Origin: Amoebophrya sp. A120
Lineage: Eukaryota; Protista; Dinoflagellata
NCBI GenBank assembly: GCA_905178155.1
Contig: CAJINV010000002.1
Span: 6,118,476-6,182,475, forward strand
Direction: 5' to 3'
DNA: 64,000 nucleotides
The translations under genes were made by a program, and so were the position numbers. Below, one piece after another: positions 37,578-51,700 of the stretch. Numbering within the stretch: the stretch's first letter is position 1; every line of letters starts with the position of its first letter. The notes beneath the pieces are model-generated. The model saw only the letters and a program-made list of their open reading frames with translations, made no database searches and had not been told where the DNA came from.

Positions 37578-38742
37578 TTACTTGATCGTGATCGACTTCA
37601 TCATGATCGGCTTGACCGGGCAGTCGTCGCGGGTCTGGACCTGGGAGATTTTCGTGACCAAGTCCATCCCCTTGGTGATGCGGCCGAACACCGGGTGCTT
37701 GGACTCTCCCGGGCTAAAGAAGTCCAGAAAGCTGTTGTATGCATTGCAAAAGCATCGTACTAGTAGAAATCGCATTACAAATTCACTCTGCATGAGAAAT
37801 GGAGTTTGTCATGCTGTTTTGCCTTGATATCGAGATTTGTAATGCATGACTGCCATTACTACGAGTACGATACTTTTGCACAGGATATGTTATCCGCCAC
37901 GTTGATGAAAAACTGGGAACCGCCGCTGTTCGGCGAACCGGTGTTGGCCATGGACAGCGTGCCCGGAGCGTTGGTGATTTTGGCAGCGAATTCGTCCGGG
38001 ATGCACCCCTCACGGTTGTCGCGCTGGACGACCTAGTACGGATTTTTATAGGTAATTTTTAATGTGGTCCCATTCATAGTGTTTTATTGCAACACAGATT
38101 GACTCCGGTCGTGCCGCTGCTCAACAACATCGATCTTCACCATGCGAAACAAGTTCTAAGAAGAACGCCTGTCAACATCTCCTGTCAGACTGTCTGAGAA
38201 ATCTTCATGCGCGAGAGCAGGGAAACCCGTGCCCTGCATCGTTCATCTGAGAAACCGAAACATCGCACACAAGCTAGTTAAAAGGGAGTATAAAAAAATC
38301 CTTATTTCAATTGTAATACCTTGCCCGTTCCGTCACGGATGGTAAACTTGGAGCCCGGCGGCGGGCCCCCGGTTCCGGCGTTCGGGGCCTTCGGGTTCTT
38401 GGCGAAGGGGCAGCCGAACTGGTTCATGAACGAAGGGATGACGCGGTGGAAGTGGATGCCGTTGTAGAATCCCGTTTCGTATGGATTGCAAAATTATCGG
38501 ACTAGTATCTATGAATTGCAATACAATTTGGCTTAGCATTACAGATTGAATTTGTAATGCAGATTTGCCTTGAGAAGGAGATTTGTGTAGCATAACTGCA
38601 ATTACTACGAGTACGATACTTTTGCAGAGGATATTTCGCACAGGTCCAGAAAGTTGGACGCGGTCACCGGCATCTCGGAAACGAAGATTTCGGCCTCGAA
38701 CTGGCCCTCCGTGGTATCGAAGACAACGGTCGGGTTCGACAT
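37578..38742 (-). CDS. Cyclophilin-type peptidyl-prolyl cis-trans isomerase (~187 aa); 2 introner introns plus GT-AG intron 38033-38319
   Basis: [12 protein letters not shown]|[54 protein letters not shown]. Confidence 0.93.
37738..37887. mobile_element. Introner family B
   Basis: TIRs; flanks TGTTG/TGTTA. Confidence 0.9.
38480..38633. mobile_element. Introner family B
   Basis: TIRs; perfect TTTCG repeat. Confidence 0.92.
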
Positions 38743-39711
38743 TTTGATGCTAGGAAGTGTTCTGGTCTTTCTTTCGTAAGAATAAAGAAAAGCAGAAAAA
38801 CGATCCAATGAGGATAGGGTGTAGGTAGTAAAAAATCTAAACCTAGTTTAGACAAAATTCAGCAACCTGAAGGCGGAAAGGGCCAAATTCTGTTCGCGTA
38901 GTCGATTTGACTCTGAGAGAAGCAGGCACAATACGCGGCAGAGGCCGGCAATAATATTGAGATCTTATCTTTGTGCCCGTGTGAGAAACGCGCAGGTCGA
39001 AAACCTTCCATTTGATGAACCAGCTGGGACCAAAACTTTGAATAAGGGAAAGACAAAAGGAGTTTTTAATTCTCATCCTCTTCATTTCATCATATGCATA
39101 ATCATGCATGATGTCACATCATGCCCGATCACTAGGGTAATGTTAAGCAGAGATCTTCATCCTTTCATCATGTTCATCTTGATGCTGATCTGCTCAGCCG
39201 ATATAGTGATCTCGGAAGAACAGAAAGGCAGAGAGTGTCCGAAAGACGGCTTCGTTCTTTCCAGCACTGAGTTGTACTTTTCTATATGAAGATGGATATC
39301 AGAAAGTCTCTGTGTCGTTCGCTTGTCTTGTCATGTTTTTTTATGAATGTCGATGTCATGATGTTGTTGTACTTCATTTGCATGTCGTCAAAAAGAATCC
39401 TCCACAACTTCCCCATCTCGAATAACAGTCGTCCCTCTCCCCAGTACTAACCCAATCCCGAGTGATGATTTTCGTCGCCATCGGTAGGTGGAATGCTTAC
39501 GCTTACCACAACCTAAGCACACTTTTACGCTTTTCGTCGCCGCTTTGCAGTGGAGCCTGATTTTAGTACAAATTTAGTTCAGCCCCGGTCAAATAAGCAT
39601 TTCTCCTTGTAAGAACAAAAAAAACGCATGAATTTCAAAATAAACAAAACAGCCAAATCCAAATCTACAACCCGATAAAAGACACTCAACGCCATTAATT
39701 CATGTTTTTTT

Positions 39712-42700
39712 TCAAAGAAAAGTTTCATATTTACCTGCAGCAGCCTTCGGCGCGCTCGCTCCTCCTGCAGCAGTGCTGCTGCTCTGCGCTGGTGCATTCT
39801 TGCCTTTCACAGAGCTGCTGCCAGCACCTTGAAAAATAGCCTGTTGATCGTCTTCTGCTGTTTGCTGTTCCCCAGTTATTTTCGTGCCATCGTCTGCAGG
39901 TTCTTCTTGTCCTCGTTTAACGATCCGTGCTGAGGATGATGGTCCTGCGTTATTCTGCTTCGACGATTTGTTCAACATGAAGCCGGCATCTTCGCCAGCA
40001 CGTGCACGGCTCTTCCGTTTCTCAATCTTCTTTGTGCTTCGATCTCGATTTTCACCACTCAAAACTTCTTTTTCATGTTCCTCAAGAAGGGCAGGCGGTT
40101 TTTTGTTGTTCATTTTTGGCTTCTTGCAACTCTTTGCTTTGTTCGTGTGTTGTCCTTCTCCATCTTCGTTTTGTACTTCTACACCTTTAACTTTGTGATC
40201 TCCGGCTGTATTCATCGTACTATCGTGAGCCTCCTTTTGTTGCTTCAGATGCAGCGGCTCCTTGGTAGAAAAACTACTACTGCCTTGTTGCTGATTCTCC
40301 TCTTTCTCGTTTTTGTTCTTCCGCCCAGCAGCTGCTGCAGTGCTCCTCCTTTTGTTATTGTTGTGCGGAAGTAGATTCTTCATCAAGTCTGGTGACTTAA
40401 TCACCATCGGAGAATCGTTCACCTCCAACGAGTTTGCGGGAGAGGGCGGAAAGCAAGAGCTCTTTCCGTCTTCTTGTTGTTCCCCTTGTGCGGTAGCGGT
40501 TCTCTCTTTGTCATCAGTTTTAACAACTTTTTTCTCGTTGCCTTCGTTAATATTTTCAGTCGTACTATTTTGATTTGTGCCAGGACCACGCTGTTCGACG
40601 ATACCCGCCTCCTGAGGCTTCGCTAGCACTGACGACTGATGTGCTTGTTCATCTGGTGCCGTCGTAGAAAGGTTGTTCTGCTGCAGCTGACTGGTACGAG
40701 AATTACTAATATCAAAATCCGCGGGAACAAGTGCAGAAATTCCTCCCTCTTCAACTTCATCTTGCGCCGCAGCAGGCGCAAAATCTCCTCCAGCGCTGCT
40801 GTTTATTCTCTCGACCCCTTCACGACCTCCCGACGATTCCACTGCATTGGTTTGGTCGTGGTCTCCACTCCCAGCGCCCGCAGAATCGTCTGCGCGCTCC
40901 TGATCTAGTGCCCCCTCCTGCTCTTCTTCTACGTTGTCCGCGTTGTCGTGGGTACCTCCTACACGTAGATGTACTGCTTCTGCCCCCAAGGTAGCTCCTG
41001 CAGCCGGTTCAAGCGGCAACTGCATCGAAATAGCTTGTGTGTTTTGGTTTTCGTCGATACTCCTTCCAACTGCATGAACTCCGACTCTCCCTGAAGGTGG
41101 TCCCAGCGGGTCATCGTTTGCTTCCGCCAGCATCTTGTCGGGCGGAAAGTTGATATCGTTCGTCGTGTAGGTCGTAGTGCTCGGCGGCGGCAGCATCTGA
41201 CCAGCTGCACTATCATTGATGCTTCCCTCGAGGACGTCCCCAAGACGATTACTGCTGTTCCCTTCGATGTCAATCATCAGCTCCCTGCTCCTTCCTTCCG
41301 CCACTTGACGCCTTGCTTCCCTATCCCTACCGCGGGGGTCATTCCGCGTTGTATTATACTCAGCCAACAAAACCCCATGGCTCTTGTCCTGGTCTTCCTC
41401 ATCCTCCTTGCTCGCCCACCGATGCCCTTGCATGTGCCCGCGCATGTTCTCCTCCTCCATAATTTCCTTACTGTATTCCGCTGTTTCCGGCCAGCCCATC
41501 TGCAGTCCCGCGTATTTGAACGCATAACTCAAAAAAGCGTCGTACTCGATACTACCGTATGGGATGGTGACCTCTGGCTCCTTCGGATCAAAAAATTCTA
41601 TCAGCCACCTCTTGTGGCTCGGCGCGTCAGCGATGGAGCCGTGCTGGTGCACCAACCGCGTTTCCCACAACCGGTGCTCCACCGGTCGATGCTTGGTCGG
41701 GTCCTTCTGCGGACTAGCTTCGTCTTCCAACATCGGATCGCCGTCGTGCGGCGGGGATGAACTTGGGTTTTGATTGTCCTCCACTTGGCCGGACGGTGAC
41801 GGTTCTTGTGCAGCAGAGTTGTTGTTGGCAGTATTGTTGTTAGTTTGTTGATTTTTACCCTGCAGCGACGTAGAGTTGTGAAGGTCCTCTTGGTGTTGAT
41901 AATTCGCTTCTAAAAAGCTGGTGTCCTCCAGAACTTGTGGCTGGAACGCGGTGTGTGGGAAAGGGAGAAGAGGCCTGGGCTCGATGATCACAGGAGGTTC
42001 CTGTTCAGAAGGCTCCTGTTCAGAAGGTTCCTGCTCAGAAGGCTCCTGTTCCTGTAGCAGGGCCGCGGCATTTAATATTTTCTGCTCTTTTTCTTGCTGC
42101 GGTTCTTGATCGCGAATCTGCTTGAGCTCCGGTTCTTCTGGGCTCAACGCGTCGGGGGTAACATGATCAAGTTGCCTTAGCTCGTACTCTTTCGCGACGA
42201 CGGACTGCTGCTCCGGTTGAAGAAGAAGATGCACATCAAGGTGGCTATTACACTGGTCGTCGAGTACATGCACAGTCGTGTTCATCTTGCAGTCTTCCAC
42301 AATATCGTCGAATAAAGTCTTGTTGCAGTCTTCCTCTTGTTCGCCTGTGGATTGCATAGTTGGTTGATGGTCCACCGCGGACAAAACATCCTCCATGACC
42401 GTGAACTTCTTCACATCTTCTACGCCAACAAAGGGTCTTTCCCTTTCAGAGGAGGACTCCGACTCTCCGACGAGAAATAAATCTTCCTCGCCATCGTCCG
42501 CAGGCGGACTCTCGTCCGCCGTAGTGCTCCTACTCTCAATCCCAGGATCATCTTCACCTTTGCAAGGCGACACACTGATGTCGTGGTCCTTTGTCGCATC
42601 AATGCTTGGCCGGCGACCCTGAAGACCCTCCTCCGAATAATTACTGTCGGTGTCGTCCTCCTCTGGGCTACTTTCGCTTTCCAAAGCAGCGAGTTCGTAG

Positions 42701-45700
42701 TTCGCCAAATTCAGATCGCTCGCGGCGGCGCAGGTGGGCACGTTCGCGATATCGAGAGGCTCCAAATCCTCCTGGCCGTCGCGGCATCGGGGCTTGACAC
42801 ATGTTGGCAGCAATTCTTTTTCTAAGCCTATTCTCAATGGCGGCTGGAAGCTCGTGAAAGTTTTGCTCATCCACGGGCAGGTTGCAGGCTGGTCCGGCTG
42901 TAGCTTCGGTTCTTCATGTCGAGCTACACATTCGAATTCGTGTTCGTGTACAGGTGTCGCTACAACTTTGGGGACGGAGATACCAACGGGATCTTGTTGC
43001 TGCGACACCAGAGTTGTCGTGCAAGAAGACAAAATCGGCACTGGGATTGGAGGATCACTGTCCTTGTCGAGTCCTGTCAGGCCGCTGGGGTCTAAGGCAG
43101 AACTGTTTTTCATCGCGTGGCTAGCCTTGATGTTCTGCTCTTTCGGTTGCTCACCTTGATGCCACAGATCGTTTCTCTTCTTGAATTGTTCGAAATGACT
43201 TCGCGCTTCAGCTACCTCCGGTCGCAATGTTGACCGATTGAAACGACAAGCAGAGTCATCAACATCGTCGTTCGTGGTTGAGTCAAGATCCGAATCGCTA
43301 TCATCCGACGACGAATCGGACGACCACGGCGCGGCAGCTGTAGCTCCAGGTAGCGCAAAAGCAGCGTCGCGGTCCTCTTCAAATCTTATCGCAGAAGTTG
43401 TTTTTGCATTTAACGCGGCTCCTTGAAGTTGTCCTAAAAATCGAGGGGGCCGCTCAATGTAGTTGTCCATCCGGGCAGGTCGGTTTTTGCTGTCAGGAAT
43501 TATTATCTGTGGTAGTTCTGTGACCCGTTTTTCACAAGTCTCCTCTTTCTCAACGTGGTCCTTTGCGAGGTTTTCATCGGCATCTTCGTCGGATGAAAAG
43601 TAACTGCTGACCGAGCTGCTGTCTTCCTCGGACGAACACGACGAAGAGTCGCTGCTGACCGAGCTGCTGCTCTCATGAGATGAAAAGTCGCTGCTGTCTT
43701 CATCGGAAAGGTCTTCCTGAAGCGTCAGCGTGTCCTCAACATTGTCGATGTTCATTTTCAGAGCCATCTTCTTGTTCTTCTCGACATCACTACTAATTTT
43801 ATCCTGCTCGTCCCCCTCGTTCTTGTGTTCCATCAAGGCCGCCGCGGCCCGTCTTTGCTCTGCAGCGTCACCGGCTTTTCTTCTCTTCTGCTCCCGCTCC
43901 TCACCACTGTTCATGTTCTCATCTTTTTCGCTGCTTTTTCTACTTCCACACCCATCATCCCTGTCCTTGCCACCTCGATCGCCCTCGTCCTCGTTTTCAT
44001 CCCCGCCCGGGTTAGATTTGTCATTTCCGCCTTTTTTATCGCTGTCTGGATGCTGTCGTTGATCCTTCCCCTCGCTGTTGTCTGGCTCTGGTCCGTGGTT
44101 GTTCCCTTTATCTTCGTCCCCAGCACCAGAAGGAGGACCACCAGGACCAGCTCCGGCTCCGCCGGAGTTGTTATCATCTGGCGCATGATCGTTATCATCC
44201 TGATCCTCATCGTCCGAACTTGTACCGTCTGAAAAGTCATCGTCGAAATCATCATAAAACTCGCTGTCTCCGTCCTCCCGGGTGGCGCCGTCCTCCGGCC
44301 ACAGGTTCGTGTACATCGCGTCTCGGTCGATCCCGTGCTCCATCAGAAACTTGATCTCAAAAGCATTCCGCTCACTCGCCTGCGGCAAGCCTGCGGGTAA
44401 AATTGCGCCGTGCTGCAGCAGCCACTGCACCGCGGCGTCGTTGTTCTCCTCGATGGCATGGAGAATCGGGGTGTAGCAAAAATGCTCCGACCGGTCGATT
44501 TGATTCACGAGAAACAGCTGTGCTTTCGTGAACTTTTTTTTCGCTTCTTCTGCGTGGTTGACGGTGGGAATGCCTGCGTGTTCCTCTCCTGCTGCTCCCT
44601 CGATTCCGTTCTGACCGTTCTCTTGAAAATCACCAGGTCGAGGTCCACCTCCTCGTGCATTAATGTCGTGGAAAGTTGCTTTATTCTGCTCTTTACTCCT
44701 ACCATTTGTCAAGTTCTTCGGGGTCTCGAACCCGAAGTAATTGGCCGCAAGACGCTGTTGGAACGTCTGTTCGTGCTGCTGGGTGAGGAAATCCTTCACT
44801 TTCTGTTCCACCGCCACCTTCTCGCATTCCTCGTCGGAGGAAACTGGTTCTTCCTTGATTCTAATCATACTCGGATCCTCGTTGTCTTGATCTTGCAGTT
44901 CTACTCCTGCTGCCTGTTCTTGCACTGGTTCATCAACGAGGACTCCTGCCGATAGTACTTGTTTTGGTGCCCCTGCTCGTGCTGATTCTCCTTGCAGTGA
45001 TTGGGATTGCTTTGCTCCTTTGTTCATCTCTCCTTCGACTTCGACTCCCACTATCCCACGAAAAAACTGTTTCACTGTGATGATTTTGCAAGATCTGCAT
45101 CACAAGTTTGTTACACATGACACTGAAAATTTGTCATGCGCGCTGCCCAAGGGAAAACACGCTTGAAAATCCAATGTCTTGCAGGTCTAGCAAGACAAAT
45201 AGTTCTGTGTTCCATTTTTCTGCATCACAAGTTCACAGTGAAACAGTTTTTTCTTGCGATACCCACCTCGGCAGCTTTAATCCGAGTCGTGTTTCTCCGC
45301 TTCTCCTCCTGTTCCATCGCCACCTGCTTCTTCAACTTTTTTACATCCCGGTCCAGAAGCAAAGGCAGCCCGGCGCGGTATTTGTAGATGAGTTCCAAGG
45401 TGTCCGGGCTCAGCAGCCACTCGTCGCAGGGCCATTCCAGATCCGTTTCCTTTTCCATCACGGTGATGGGCTCGAAGCCGAACGTGTGAATCGTGGTTGC
45501 CGCGTTCGTTCGGATCCCGCCGCAGGGGCCAATGAGGCACTTCTTCATGTCGTCCGGAGGGAGCAGAGGCGGGGTGAGGACGCGGTCCCGATCCTCGTAC
45601 TGCTGCTCCCCTTTTTGATTCCGTCCGCAGAAGTCGAACAAATACTGCATAACTTCCACCGCATCCTTTTCCACGGCATGAAAGAAACAAGATCGCCCCG

Positions 45701-48700
45701 TTTGGTGATCGAGCCTGAAGAGTTCCAAATTTTCCTCCTCCAAGAGCCACTTCACAGCCGCCACGCACTTCTTCCTGGATTTCAGGTTCCGACTGCTGTT
45801 GTAAAAATTCTCCATCTTCCGGCTGTCGACACAAAGATAGTAATTCAGCTCCCGCACCACCATGTGCAGCAAAGTTCCGCCCTTCATGCCCGGAACGGAG
45901 CCGACCAGCGGCGGCGCGCCGATGGACAGATTCTTCAGGTTGTCAAACAGTTTCACCGGCCGTTCCAAGTTGGTGGAGCTTGGCAGAGCAGTTTTCAACG
46001 ATAGCAGCCCGTCCTTCAGCTCCGTCAGGAACGAGTTGTCGTCGTAATTGAATTTTTTCTTTTTTTCTGGTCTTTTGTTCAACATCACTGGGCGGAGCTC
46101 CAGTTCCCCGTTGCTGGGATGCTGTTGGTGATGATCCGGTCCAGCGATCATAGAGTTGTTATCCTGGTGCCCTTTTGGTTGTGATTCGACAGAGCAGGAC
46201 CTTTTCCGATTATGATTCGCCGGTAGTTGTTTCTTTCTCCTTTTCGCCCCTCCTCCAGACGTGTTCCGGGAGGAGCAAACCGACGCCTTCGCGTTCTTGT
46301 TGTGCGAGCCGCTTTTCAATAATGTAGAACTAGAAGAACCTCCAGCCGCTTCTATATCGATGTCCATTGGCGTCGACGTGTGGTCGACCAGTAAAATGCT
46401 TTTGTCCATCATCCAGTCAGCCTCGGTTGTTTGCTGCTCCGGCGAACTGCTCTTACTGCATTTTGTGCTGCTGTTGTAAAAGTTTTCGACGTTACCAACA
46501 TCTCTTCTAGAAGTTTTTGTCGTCGTGGTCATGAATCTCCTCCCTTCCGAATAGTAGTCAAGAATTTTTTTCCGTGCCGTGTCCCAAATCTGCGGCAACT
46601 CGTGCTCCAGCAGGGCGTGCAGGTCGGAGACGTAGCACTTCCCGATCGTTTTCTCGTTTTGGTCCAGAGTCGCGAGAAAATCGTTGCACTTCCCTTCCTT
46701 CTATGCATTGCAAAAGTATCGCACTAGTAGAAATTGCATCACAAATTTTTTCAAGAAGAAATAAAATGAAATTTGTAAATGCTATTTCACCTAAAAGGGG
46801 ATATTTGTCATGCACGATAGCAATTACTTACTACGAGTACGATACTTTTGCACAGGATACCTTCTTCGCCGGCGGGTGCCGGTTCTGCGCCAGAGTCCAG
46901 ACCGCGTTGGATAGGACCAACTTCACGATGTATGCATTGCAAATATGTCTGGGGCTGGAAGATTGCCAGGCTTGTCATGCATATTTTGCATGACCCATGA
47001 TGTCTGTGATGCATGCTCTAGCATCACAGATTTTTGGAGGGCTTTGCGATGCCTCTACCGCATGAGAAATGTCCCCTCCGCGTAGGCCAAACTGGAGTTC
47101 TCTTGCTGCTCATGCAATACAGATTTTTTTAGAATCCAGAGACAGCATCACAAGTTTAGAATCTTCCAGACCTAGACATATTTGCATTTCATACGATGCC
47201 CTCCAACCCGATTTCACCCGTGATCCCGAAGTCTCGGGGGATGAAAAAATTCCCGGAACCCAGGTTGATCAAGGACCGCAACGCGGAAAAAACCGGCGTC
47301 GCGCCGTCGGGAGCGCGGTAGTTGATGTTCATTTCCTTCAGCAGGGCGGAGATTTTCGCCAGATGGGCCTTCTTATCAAATGTAAAAATGTCTGGGTCTG
47401 GAAGAATGCACGTTTGTCATGCTTGTTTCGCATGACTCCTAAATCTGTCATGCACAGTACCCAAGAGACCCATTTTTCTGTCATGCAGAAACGCAGTATG
47501 TCATGCAGAATAGGCAACACCTAGAAGCTCAGAAACTTGTCATGCTGAGCCAGCATTTGTAGCCTCATCATGAGACGCCACCCAGCATCACAAGTTTCCA
47601 GACCCAGACACTTTTACATTTGATACTTCTGCGGGTAAAACCGCTCGTCGTCGTGGAGTGGAAGGTAGTGCTATGCAAGAAAAAAACTGTGTAAGTGTAA
47701 ATTTGTGTTGCAGAACATGCAACAGAGTTACGCCTGTCATGCCAGACAGCCGTGAAGTCCTCTTTTCACGTGTGTTTTCCCTTACAAGCCACGCATGACA
47801 GGTTTTCTCTGTCATGTAGAGCAAATTTGTGATGCTGTTTCTCAAAGAAAGTTACACTTACACACTTTTTTTCCTGGATAAGTGCTTGTTTTGCTGCACA
47901 AGAACTCCTAGTTGCTTTGCCGCCGCAGTTGTAGATGAGTTTATTTCGCCCCCACCAGGTGCTGCTGGTGCAAGAACCCCTCCTACAACTCTTGAAGTAG
48001 AAGTAGCCGTCACATGATTCCGAGGGCTTACCTGATTCGTCGTCACCCAGGCGTTGGCTGCGACCATGGCTTTGTCGTTCGTGTTGCAAGGAAAAATCCC
48101 CCCTCCCCATATTGAAAACGCATCCGTCAGAAAATTCGTCATGCAGATTTGTGACCACAAATCGGGTCTGCCTTGCAAGGAGGCCCAGTCAGGCTGTCCG
48201 CCAAGTTATGCAGGCGATTTGTAATGCTGTAAGGCCTACAGGGTAGCCGTCTACCATGCTAGGCGCATACACCAAAAGGCCCCCACCTAGGCTCAGGATC
48301 TGCGTGCATTCCTCTACTGCAACACAAATTTGATTTGTGTATCCAATTCCAGCATCAGAAGTTTCGTTTTGATATGGGGAGGGGGGATTTTTCCTTTTGA
48401 TAGTTCGGTCTCCAGCACTTGAACAACAGCTCCGGCTCGAAGCGCTGGACCCCGTGGAACAGCGTCCAGTGCAGGACCGGGAAGTGCATCGTGTGGCCGA
48501 ACTGCACCATCGCGATATGCATTGCAAATATGTCTGGGTCTGGAAGGTTGCAACTTGTGACGCTGTCCTTGGATTCCAAAAAAATCTGTGTTGCATGACT
48601 AGCAAGAGGAGCCCAGTTTCTTCTACACGGAGAGGGCATTTCTCATGCGGATTACGCATAAGGAAGCCCCCTAAAAATCTGCGATGCTAGGCCATGCCTC

Positions 48701-51700
48701 ACAGGCGTCACATGTCCTACAAAATATGCATGACAAACCTGGCACTCTTCCAGACCCAGACATTTTTGCACTTGATAGGCGAAGCTGGTATACAAATCTT
48801 GCGTCGGAAACGCCTTCAGCAGCCACTTCAAATGGTACCATTTACACACGTATGGATTGCAAAAATGTCTGGGTCTGGAAACTTGTAATGCTAAAAGTGA
48901 ATGGGAGACGCACTGCAATACGCAGCTATGCATGACAAACTTTTTGGCTCCCATGTCTTACGTATTCCGCATGGCAAGCTGCGTTTTTGCATGACAGGTA
49001 AGAGGGCCTCTTCGTGCCTATGCAACACAGATTCTCGAGTCATGCCAGACAAGCATGACAAACTTGCATTCTTCCAGACCCAGACATAATTTTTGCATTT
49101 GATAACACGTGAAACGCGGGCAGGCACACCGTCGCAATCTGCTGGTTGAACGCCTTTTTCCAGGTCGTCATCACCTGTTTGTAGTCGCTCACGGTGCACT
49201 TCTCCTTCTGCTCACAAGAAGTTGTTGTACTGTTCAACATCCCGGATGACGAGCTCTTGTTGTTCCCGGCGCTCGTCGTCCCTGTGGTTTGGAAATGCCC
49301 AAGCGCGGTCTGTTCCTCGATCACTTGGTCCACGTTGCTCGCGAAAAACATCACCCGGGTCGGCTCCACCTGGAAGGTCACCGGATTCACGTATCAAGTG
49401 CAAATATGTCTGGGTCTGGAAATTTGTGATGCAAGAAAGATTATAGTGAGCACACTGCAATGCGCAGCCCAGCATGACAAGTTTTTCCGTGGTTCTGCGT
49501 TGCGTACTCCGTATGAGAAACTGCATTTTTGCATGACAGGCAACAGGAGCTCTTCGTGGCCACGCAATACAGATTTCAGAGTCATACCAGATCAGCATGG
49601 CAAATCTCGGAATCTTCCAGACCCAGACATATTTGCATTCCATATCACGGTCTGCCACGCAAAATTCTCCGCGTGATTCTGCGCCGTCGCGTTCGCAGAC
49701 CGGGTCCGCTTCAAAGGTGGTGTCAAAGGTAAAAATGTCTGGGTCTGGAAACTTGTGATGCTGGGTGGCGTCTCATGATGAGGCTACAAATGCTGGCTCA
49801 GCATGACAAGTTTCTGAGCTCCTAGGGCTAGGTGTTGCCTATTCTGCATGACAAACACAATCACAAACTGCGTTCCTGCATGACAGAAAAATGGAGCGCT
49901 TGTGTAACGTGCATGACAGATTTAAGAGTCATGCCAGACAAGCATGAAAAACATGAATTCTTCCAGACCCAGACATTTTTACACTTGATAGGTGGCTGGG
50001 ATAGTTTATTCGAGGTCCCGGCAGCCCCATAATTTGCAATCAAGGCCTGATTTGATGATGCAGCTCCAGCTGTTGTTCCCGCCGCTTCAAGTAGCCCATA
50101 ATTCGGGTACAGCGGATTCGACGCCGCCAAGTACCGCACCTTGCACAGATCCGGCGCTTTCACGAGCAACAGCTTGTATCGGTCGACCGAGAGAGATTGC
50201 CCGTTAGAGATGTGAGCGGAGAAAATCGTTTTTAGGTTCCCCGGCGAATCCGTCACATCGAACAACCGCAACAGCATCCGGTTCAAGAAAGCGATCAAGT
50301 GCAAGCAACTTTTGCTGTAGTCCTCCTTCCGAAAAAACTTGCACGCAAACAGAGGCACCAGCCGCTGCGCCTCCGGCAGGACATAGTCGGAAATGTTGGT
50401 CTCGGGGTACTTAAACTTCGAGGGGAAAATCCCCGATCTCGTGCTCGGCAAGCCGCAGAGACAAGTCGCCCGGTCGGTGGGGAGCTGGGACGGGTTGTCG
50501 TAAGTGTTGTTGTAGCGGTAACAGTGCTTCCTGCGGCGCTTCCGCGCCTGTTGTAGCTGGGTTCTCCGCTGCTCCTCCAATTGCTCTTCGGTAAGTAGCT
50601 GGTCATCTCCGGCGGTGATCTTGAAATCTTCAACGCTTTTGTAGTTGCTTTTCGTATTTCTATCACCTGCCTGCCCTGATGAACACGACGACGTGGACCG
50701 CCCCATTGCATTCATCGGCGGAGAGCTCTCCGGGGCGGAAGCAGGAGATGAAGCAGCACTAGAAGAATTTTCCTTCCTCACAGTGCTCCTGTGCCCACAC
50801 TCGTTTTCGTCCAGAAAAAGCTGCGTCACCTCCTGCCACAGCTTTTTTCCGAACTCCGAGTCTGGGCAGTACTCGTTCGGCAAGTAATAATCTTTCGATC
50901 TGTAGTCCGCAACTTCGTCTTTACTCATCATGTGAAAGAGTTTGAAGTTCTCCCCGCTCTGCGTGGGTGGCATTTCGTGCTGGAGCAAAATCGTGAACAG
51001 TAGCCGCTTCTGATCCACTCCGAACCTTCCATCGGACACGACTGTGGTGCTCTTCGGGAGCTGGCTGTTGGTAGTTGCGGAAGCGGAGCTGCCGCTACTG
51101 AGCTCCATCTGGTCGGCGAAGGATGAAGAAGATGTATTTGCAATCATTTTCACTGCGTCAGCACCCGCACCAGCATTGTTCATCATTTTTGCGTTTTTCC
51201 TGTTCACTTCCTTGTTGTGCTTCGCCAGGAGCAGCTTCGCGACGTTTTGCAGATTGTTATTGCAGTAAATGGTTTCGTGCGCCACCTTCAAATCATGCTC
51301 GATCATCGGTTTCAAGAGAAGGAGAAACGCCTGCTCGCGAATTTTCTTCCGCTTTTCCAGTGCATTCTCGTCCGAGAGAGTTTCGTTCTCGTCGGTGCCG
51401 TCCGGGTTCCGGAATTCCCCGAAAAAATGAAGCAGCTGGTAGAAATCCGGCCACCTGTTGTCGTGGGGTTTTTGTGTTCTTGTAGTCGATCATTTACAAG
51501 GGAGTTGCCGCAGCATCAGGCTTCTAAGTATGTAATCTACTGACGCCCGCAGCTCTTGTCTCTCATCCGCACAGACATGAAGAACGAGAGTGCACATCAA
51601 TCACATGAAGTAAAAAAGTACTTACGCCAACAAGGTGCGAGGACCACGGTTCACTGTCAATATGTCAAACCCACATGTTGAGAGAACAACAAGCAGGCCA

